From assembly GCA_038150265.1 (NCBI GenBank), contig JAYOTF010000030.1, forward strand, positions 1 to 40,708: a stretch of DNA of 40,708 nucleotides, written 5' to 3'. The position numbers and the translations under genes are program-made. This document shows positions 36,339 through 40,708 of this stretch, piece after piece. Source of the stretch: Deltaproteobacteria bacterium. Its GTDB lineage: Bacteria; SAR324; NAC60-12. The first letter of the stretch is position 1. Every line of letters starts with the position of its first letter. The notes below the pieces were generated by a model. That model did no database searches. It worked only from the letters and a program-made list of their open reading frames with translations, and was not told the origin of the DNA.

Positions 36339-37556
36339 TTAAATCTCGTTGCGTAACAGGCGGATCGGAACTTCGGTTCCTGCAGGAACCACTCCGGAGT
36401 CGGGCTCAATGCGGATGAGGCAGTTGCCTCGGACCAGCGAGCTGATGCTGTGAGAGCCCTGAACCGGTAGGGGCTGGACCCAGTAACGTCCGTCAGCAAA
36501 CCGGAGTTGCCCCCGGAGGAATTGCAGCCGGCTCGCCTGCTCCACCACGTCGGCATCCAGGGTGGCCGAAACCATTGGCTCTTCCAAACGACGACGTCCC
36601 TGCAGCTTCCGGAGCGCCGGACGGACAAACTCCTCGAAGAGGACAAAGCTCGAAGCCGGATTGCCAGGCAGCCCAAACACCAGGGTGCGGCCACGTCGGC
36701 CAAAAAACAGCGGCTTCCCGGGCTTCACCCGGACCTTCCAGAAGATCGGTTCCACGCCCAGCTCCTCCAGTACACGCTTGGTGAGGTCTTTTTCTCCCAC
36801 GGAGACGCCTCCGGAAATGAGAGCGATGTCGGCCTCCAGAGCCTGCAGAAAGAGCGTCCGCAGGGCCGCTTCTTCATCCGGAGCCTTTGCCACCACTTCC
36901 GGAAGGGCCCCTTCCTCGCGGATCAGCGCTTCCAGCATGAAGCGGTTGGACTCGCGGATCTGTCCGGGCCCGGGGGTTTCGTGGACCTCCAGGAGTTCGC
37001 TTCCGGTGGAGACAATGCCAACCCGGACGGTCTGGGTAACAGGCGCCTGCGTGAAGCCCATGGTCGCCAGCACCGAAAGCTGGGCGGCCCCGATGCGGGT
37101 TCCTTCCGGAAAGAGTTCCTCTCCGGTGTTGATGTCTTCCCCCTGGTAGCGCATGTTTTCGCGGGGGCGCACGGCTTCCCGGATGGACACCCGCCCATCC
37201 TCATGCAGGGTCGCATCTTCCTTCATCACCACCGCATCTGCGCCTCGGGGCGTGGGGGCACCTGTGGCCACCTGCACGCACTGCCCCGGCTGCAGCTCCC
37301 AGTCTCCCGGATTGCCCGCAGGAACGTACCCCAGGGACTGCAGGGAAACCGGGGAGGTGGCAGACGCCGAGGTCACCTCAACGGCACGGACGGCAAACCC
37401 GTCTACAGCCGAGTTGTCAAAGCGAGGCATGGGGTGCGGGGCGACCAGTGCAGTGGCCAGCACTGCGCCCAGGCACTCGGAAAAGGGCCGCTCCTCGGCA
37501 GGAAGTGGGGTGACTTCTTCGAGAATGCGACGCTTCGCCTCGGCGTGGTCGAGCAT
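36339..37556 (-). CDS. moeA: Molybdopterin molybdotransferase MoeA (Glp)
   Basis: PRFDNSAVDGFA, TGAP.P.GADAVVMKE, STGSEL, IRESN, SGGVSVGEKD, KPGKP, GLPGNP. Start placed at MLDHAEA (TAATG overlap). Confidence 0.95.
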   Translation of the reverse strand: MLDHAEAKRRILEEVTPLPAEERPFSECLGAVLATALVAPHPMPRFDNSAVDGFAVRAVEVTSASATSPVSLQSLGYVPAGNPGDWELQPGQCVQVATGAPTPRGADAVVMKEDATLHEDGRVSIREAVRPRENMRYQGEDINTGEELFPEGTRIGAAQLSVLATMGFTQAPVTQTVRVGIVSTGSELLEVHETPGPGQIRESNRFMLEALIREEGALPEVVAKAPDEEAALRTLFLQALEADIALISGGVSVGEKDLTKRVLEELGVEPIFWKVRVKPGKPLFFGRRGRTLVFGLPGNPASSFVLFEEFVRPALRKLQGRRRLEEPMVSATLDADVVEQASRLQFLRGQLRFADGRYWVQPLPVQGSHSISSLVRGNCLIRIEPDSGVVPAGTEVPIRLLRNEI

Positions 37557-37747
37557 TACTTCCGGTTGGTTTCGAGGTAGAGCCCCAGAGCGTCCTTGCC
37601 CTGCTGGGTGGTGGTCCATTCCTGAAACCCCTGGTCCGTCAGGTCGCCCAGGAGCTGATTCCATTGTTGATCGCTCCAGTCCTTGTTGGCCCGGAGCCAG
37701 CTGTTGAGTTCTTTTTTCGGAAAGCGTTTTTTTGGCTTAAAGTCCAT
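37556..37747 (-). CDS. Small hypothetical protein (63 aa)
   Basis: MDFKPKKRFPKKELNSWLRANKDWSDQQWNQLL...LYLETNRK. Purine-rich upstream sequence, and the stop overlaps the moeA start. Confidence 0.7.
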   Translation of the reverse strand: MDFKPKKRFPKKELNSWLRANKDWSDQQWNQLLGDLTDQGFQEWTTTQQGKDALGLYLETNRK

Positions 37748-37928
37748 AAACCCTTTTTTCTCGGAGTGTCTGATTTTGGGGAGAGGCGCTGCATTCAGCG
37801 AGCTTTCAGGATAAGTGGTGGGGGGGAAGTTCAAAGACGAAATTCACGATTTTGGCGAAATCGGGCTTGAAAACCGGGGAACCTTCCCGCTATCTTGTTG
37901 GCTTTACCCCACTACCCAAGGAATCAGG

Positions 37929-38342
37929 ATGGATTACTACCCGTACTTACTGGCCCTGCACGTCGTCTCGGTTTGCGTTGTGGTGGGGACCTTGTTTGTC
38001 CAATCACTGGCGGTGGTCTTCCGGTACCGCATGGACAATCCGATTCAGCTGGAAGGCGCCCAGTGGCTGCAGCTTCGCATCCACCGCTTCATCTACCACC
38101 CGATCCTGGGGGTGACGGTGGCAACGGGCCTGTACCTGGCCATGATGACGGAGGCATTTTCCAACGGCAAGTGGCTGCACTGGAAGCTGACGCTGCTGAT
38201 CGTGCTGATCGCCTTCGGTTTCATGAACGGTCGGCAGATCCGGAACCTGGAGTTGCCCAAGCCTCTGGCGATGTTTGTGCATGTGGGCATCTTCTTGACC
38301 TCGGCCGTGATGATTTATCTGGCCTCTGTCAAACCCTTCTAG
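37929..38342 (+). CDS. HemJ (UPF0093)/CopD-like four-TM membrane protein
   Basis: LALH in TM1, RFIYHP, WLHWKL, C-terminal KPF. RBS AAGGA. Confidence 0.65.
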   Translation: MDYYPYLLALHVVSVCVVVGTLFVQSLAVVFRYRMDNPIQLEGAQWLQLRIHRFIYHPILGVTVATGLYLAMMTEAFSNGKWLHWKLTLLIVLIAFGFMNGRQIRNLELPKPLAMFVHVGIFLTSAVMIYLASVKPF

Positions 38343-38375
38343 CATGCTAAGGGGGAGCGTTGGCTCTCATACCGC

Positions 38376-38467
<92 letters not shown>

Positions 38468-38470
38468 AGC

Positions 38471-38499
38471 TCCGTTAAGGCCCTGATCCTCTTAACGGA
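38471..38499 (+). terminator. Hairpin downstream of tRNA-Ser
   Basis: TCCGTTAAG-N11-CTTAACGGA, 9-bp perfect stem. Confidence 0.5.
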
Positions 38500-38639
38500 A
38501 TTCAGTCCCCCTCAATATCCTCCCCATTGAGCACCTCCCCAGCTCTTCCCGCTTTGACTGAGCCGCCACCTCGGTTGCACCTCCACGCATGAAAACCAGG
38601 GCCGTGGGCTGCAGCGTGAGCCCCTGCCCCTGGAGCCCA

Positions 38640-40511
38640 TCAAGCGGTTGGGGCCAATAACGCCTGCACCTGCTCCACACAGGCTTCCACCGTCAGGTTG
38701 TGTGTGGAAAGCCGCAGCTCAGCCTGCTCCGAAGGCTCATAGGGGCTGTCGATCCCGGTAAAGTGGGGCAGCTCGCCGCGCCGGGCTTTGGCATAGAGGC
38801 CCTTGACGTCCCGGCGTTCACACTCCTCCAGCGGAGTATCCACAAAGATCTCCAGGAACTCCCCCTCTTCAAACAACTCCCGGGTCCACTGACGCTCCGA
38901 GCGGTAGGGAGAGATGAAGCTGACGAGCACGATCAGCCCGGCGTCCACCATCAGCTTGGCCACCTCACTGATCCGCCGCAGGTTTTCGACTCGGTCGGCT
39001 TCCGTAAAGCCGAGGTCTCGGTTCAGGCCATGCCGGACGTTATCGCCATCCAGCAGGTAGGTGTGCCTGCCTTCGCCGTGGAGCTTCTTTTCCAGCATCG
39101 TGGCAATGGTGGACTTCCCGGAGCCGGAAAGCCCCGTGAACCAGAGGCACTTCGGAGTTTGATGCTTGAGGATCGCCCGCTGAGCCTTCCCCACCTCCAC
39201 GGCCTGCCAATGAATGTTGGTGGAGCGTCGCAGGGCAAATTCCAGCAAACCCGCCCCCACGGTGGCGTGGGTGAGCTTGTCGATCAGGATGAAGCCACCC
39301 AGCGTCCGATTCTTCAGGTACGGCTCGAAGACCACCGGCTGGCTGGTGGAAAGGGTCACAACCGCAATGTCGTTGAGCCCGAGCTGTTTGGCGGCCAGGT
39401 GCGCTCCGGTGTTGATGTCCTCCCGGAACTTCAGGTCGGTCAGGGTCGCGGTGACTTCCTGGGTGTGGAGCTTGAACAGGTAGGGGCGTCCCGGAACCAG
39501 TGGTGCCTCACTCATCCACAGCAGATGCGCCTGAAACTGATCCGCAACCTCACAGGGCTGGTCAGCCGCGACCAGAACGTTGCCTCGGCTGACATCGACC
39601 TCGTCCTCAAGCGTGAGGGTGACGGACTGTCCCTGAGAGGCTTCAGCATGGGGCTCTGTCCAGAGATCAATGCTCTTGACCCGGGAGGTCTGCCCGGAAG
39701 GAAGCACCCGAATCGCATCTCCCTGACGGACGGTTCCGGACGCCACGCGTCCGCAGAAGCCTCGGTAGTCCAGGTTGGGGCGATTGACCCACTGGACCGG
39801 CATCCGGAAGGGGGCATCGGTTTCCGCAGCATGAACATCCAGGGTGTCCAGGTGATCAAACAGGGTTGGACCGTGGTACCACGGCATCTGGTCGCTGGGG
39901 CGCATGACGTTTTCCCCGTAGACGGCAGACAGGGGAATGGCCTGGAGCGTTGCCAACTCGGAGTCTGCGGCAAAGGCCTGGTAGTCCTGGACAATGCCTT
40001 GAAAGGTTGCCTCGTCGTACCCGACCAGGTCCATCTTGTTGATGGCAAGGACGATGTGCCGGATGCCCATCAGGGTGACGATGCGGTGGTGCCGTCGCGT
40101 CTGCGTGAGGACCCCTTTGCGGGCATCAATGAGCAAAATGGCCAACTGGGCGGTCGAAGCGCCGGTTGCCATGTTCCGGGTGTACTGCTCGTGCCCCGGC
40201 GTGTCGGCGACCATGTAGCGGCGTCGATCGGTTGCAAAAAAACGATACGCCACGTCAATGGTGATGCCCTGCTCCCGCTCAGCCTGGAGGCCATCCACGA
40301 GCAGCGCAAAGTCCAGCTTCTCTCCCTGAGTTCCATACTGCCTGGAGTCACTCTCCAGAGCCTGCAGTTGGTCATCAAACAGGTTCTTCGACTCATGGAG
40401 CAGGCACCCAATGAGGGTGCTCTTCCCGTCATCCACACTCCCGCAGGTGATGAAGCGCAGGGTTTCTTTTTCTTGTTGCTCCCGAAGGAACTCGCTAATT
40501 GAGGTGGTCAT
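38640..40511 (-). CDS. cysNC: Bifunctional sulfate adenylyltransferase subunit 1 / APS kinase (CysN-CysC, NodQ-like)
   Basis: TCGSVDDGKSTLIG, EREQGITIDVAYR, DTPGHEQYTRNM, NKMD. C-terminal WFTGLSGSGKST, LDGDNVRHGLN, RDVKGLY, FTGIDSPYE. Confidence 0.95.
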   Translation of the reverse strand: MTTSISEFLREQQEKETLRFITCGSVDDGKSTLIGCLLHESKNLFDDQLQALESDSRQYGTQGEKLDFALLVDGLQAEREQGITIDVAYRFFATDRRRYMVADTPGHEQYTRNMATGASTAQLAILLIDARKGVLTQTRRHHRIVTLMGIRHIVLAINKMDLVGYDEATFQGIVQDYQAFAADSELATLQAIPLSAVYGENVMRPSDQMPWYHGPTLFDHLDTLDVHAAETDAPFRMPVQWVNRPNLDYRGFCGRVASGTVRQGDAIRVLPSGQTSRVKSIDLWTEPHAEASQGQSVTLTLEDEVDVSRGNVLVAADQPCEVADQFQAHLLWMSEAPLVPGRPYLFKLHTQEVTATLTDLKFREDINTGAHLAAKQLGLNDIAVVTLSTSQPVVFEPYLKNRTLGGFILIDKLTHATVGAGLLEFALRRSTNIHWQAVEVGKAQRAILKHQTPKCLWFTGLSGSGKSTIATMLEKKLHGEGRHTYLLDGDNVRHGLNRDLGFTEADRVENLRRISEVAKLMVDAGLIVLVSFISPYRSERQWTRELFEEGEFLEIFVDTPLEECERRDVKGLYAKARRGELPHFTGIDSPYEPSEQAELRLSTHNLTVEACVEQVQALLAPTA

Positions 40512-40708
40512 GTTAAATCGCGAAGAATTTTCTGGGCTAGAATTTCATTGATGTGACGGTGGCGGGGCACTGGCTGACTGAGACCTTTGCTGGGACTGTA
40601 GTAGATGTCGTGCTTGGCTCCATGACGAAGGAGGATACAACCAGATTGCTCCAGGCGCTTAACCAGTTCCTGCCGGTCATGCGCGATCAGGCCCAGCGTA
40701 TGCAGCAC
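40508..40708 (-). CDS. hicA: HicA-family toxin domain (start unresolved: frameshifted, or fused to an upstream ORF running off the window)
   Basis: RQELVKRLEQSGCILLRHGAKHDIY...QPVPRHRHINEILAQKI matches the HicA pattern. The ATG at the expected position (40680) is 1 nt out of frame. The stop overlaps the cysNC ATG. Confidence 0.7.
   Translation of the reverse strand: MLHTLGLIAHDRQELVKRLEQSGCILLRHGAKHDIYYSPSKGLSQPVPRHRHINEILAQKILRDLT

Overview
GC-rich (roughly 62-64% by eye) bacterial chromosomal segment, mostly housekeeping genes. Gene content and style suggest a deltaproteobacterial-type organism such as SAR324; that is inference only. Order: 3' end of a cbb3 oxidase operon (ccoP plus an uncalled DUF4006-like ORF), an APH/AAA kinase, persulfide dioxygenase-ccoG-fixH-ccoI-ccoS-USP, recB-gspL-like-tricorn protease-membrane protein, lone nuoM, LacI-malK-like-DmpA, a large TPR protein and yggU, lone rplC, a GlcG/HbpS heme-binding protein, a thioredoxin-fold gene, scpB, metC, a receiver/anti-sigma-kinase protein, bamD, cpoB-like, yggT-lpxD-moeA, a HemJ/CopD-like protein, tRNA-Ser(CGA), cysNC and a HicA-type toxin. 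Main observations: (1) the thioredoxin-fold gene is split by the ORF caller at an in-frame TGA in a UxxC motif followed by a SECIS-like hairpin, i.e. a probable selenoprotein; (2) the palindrome TCCGGA is strongly over-represented (about 115-120 copies by eye against about 14 expected from base composition), like cyanobacterial HIP1; (3) a ~60-aa module seems to be shared between an insertion in RecB and an unrelated small membrane protein; (4) many normally operonic genes stand alone; (5) the cbb3 genes look Campylobacterota-like, and their assembly operon starts with a persulfide dioxygenase. Family assignments come from motif recognition, not database searches.
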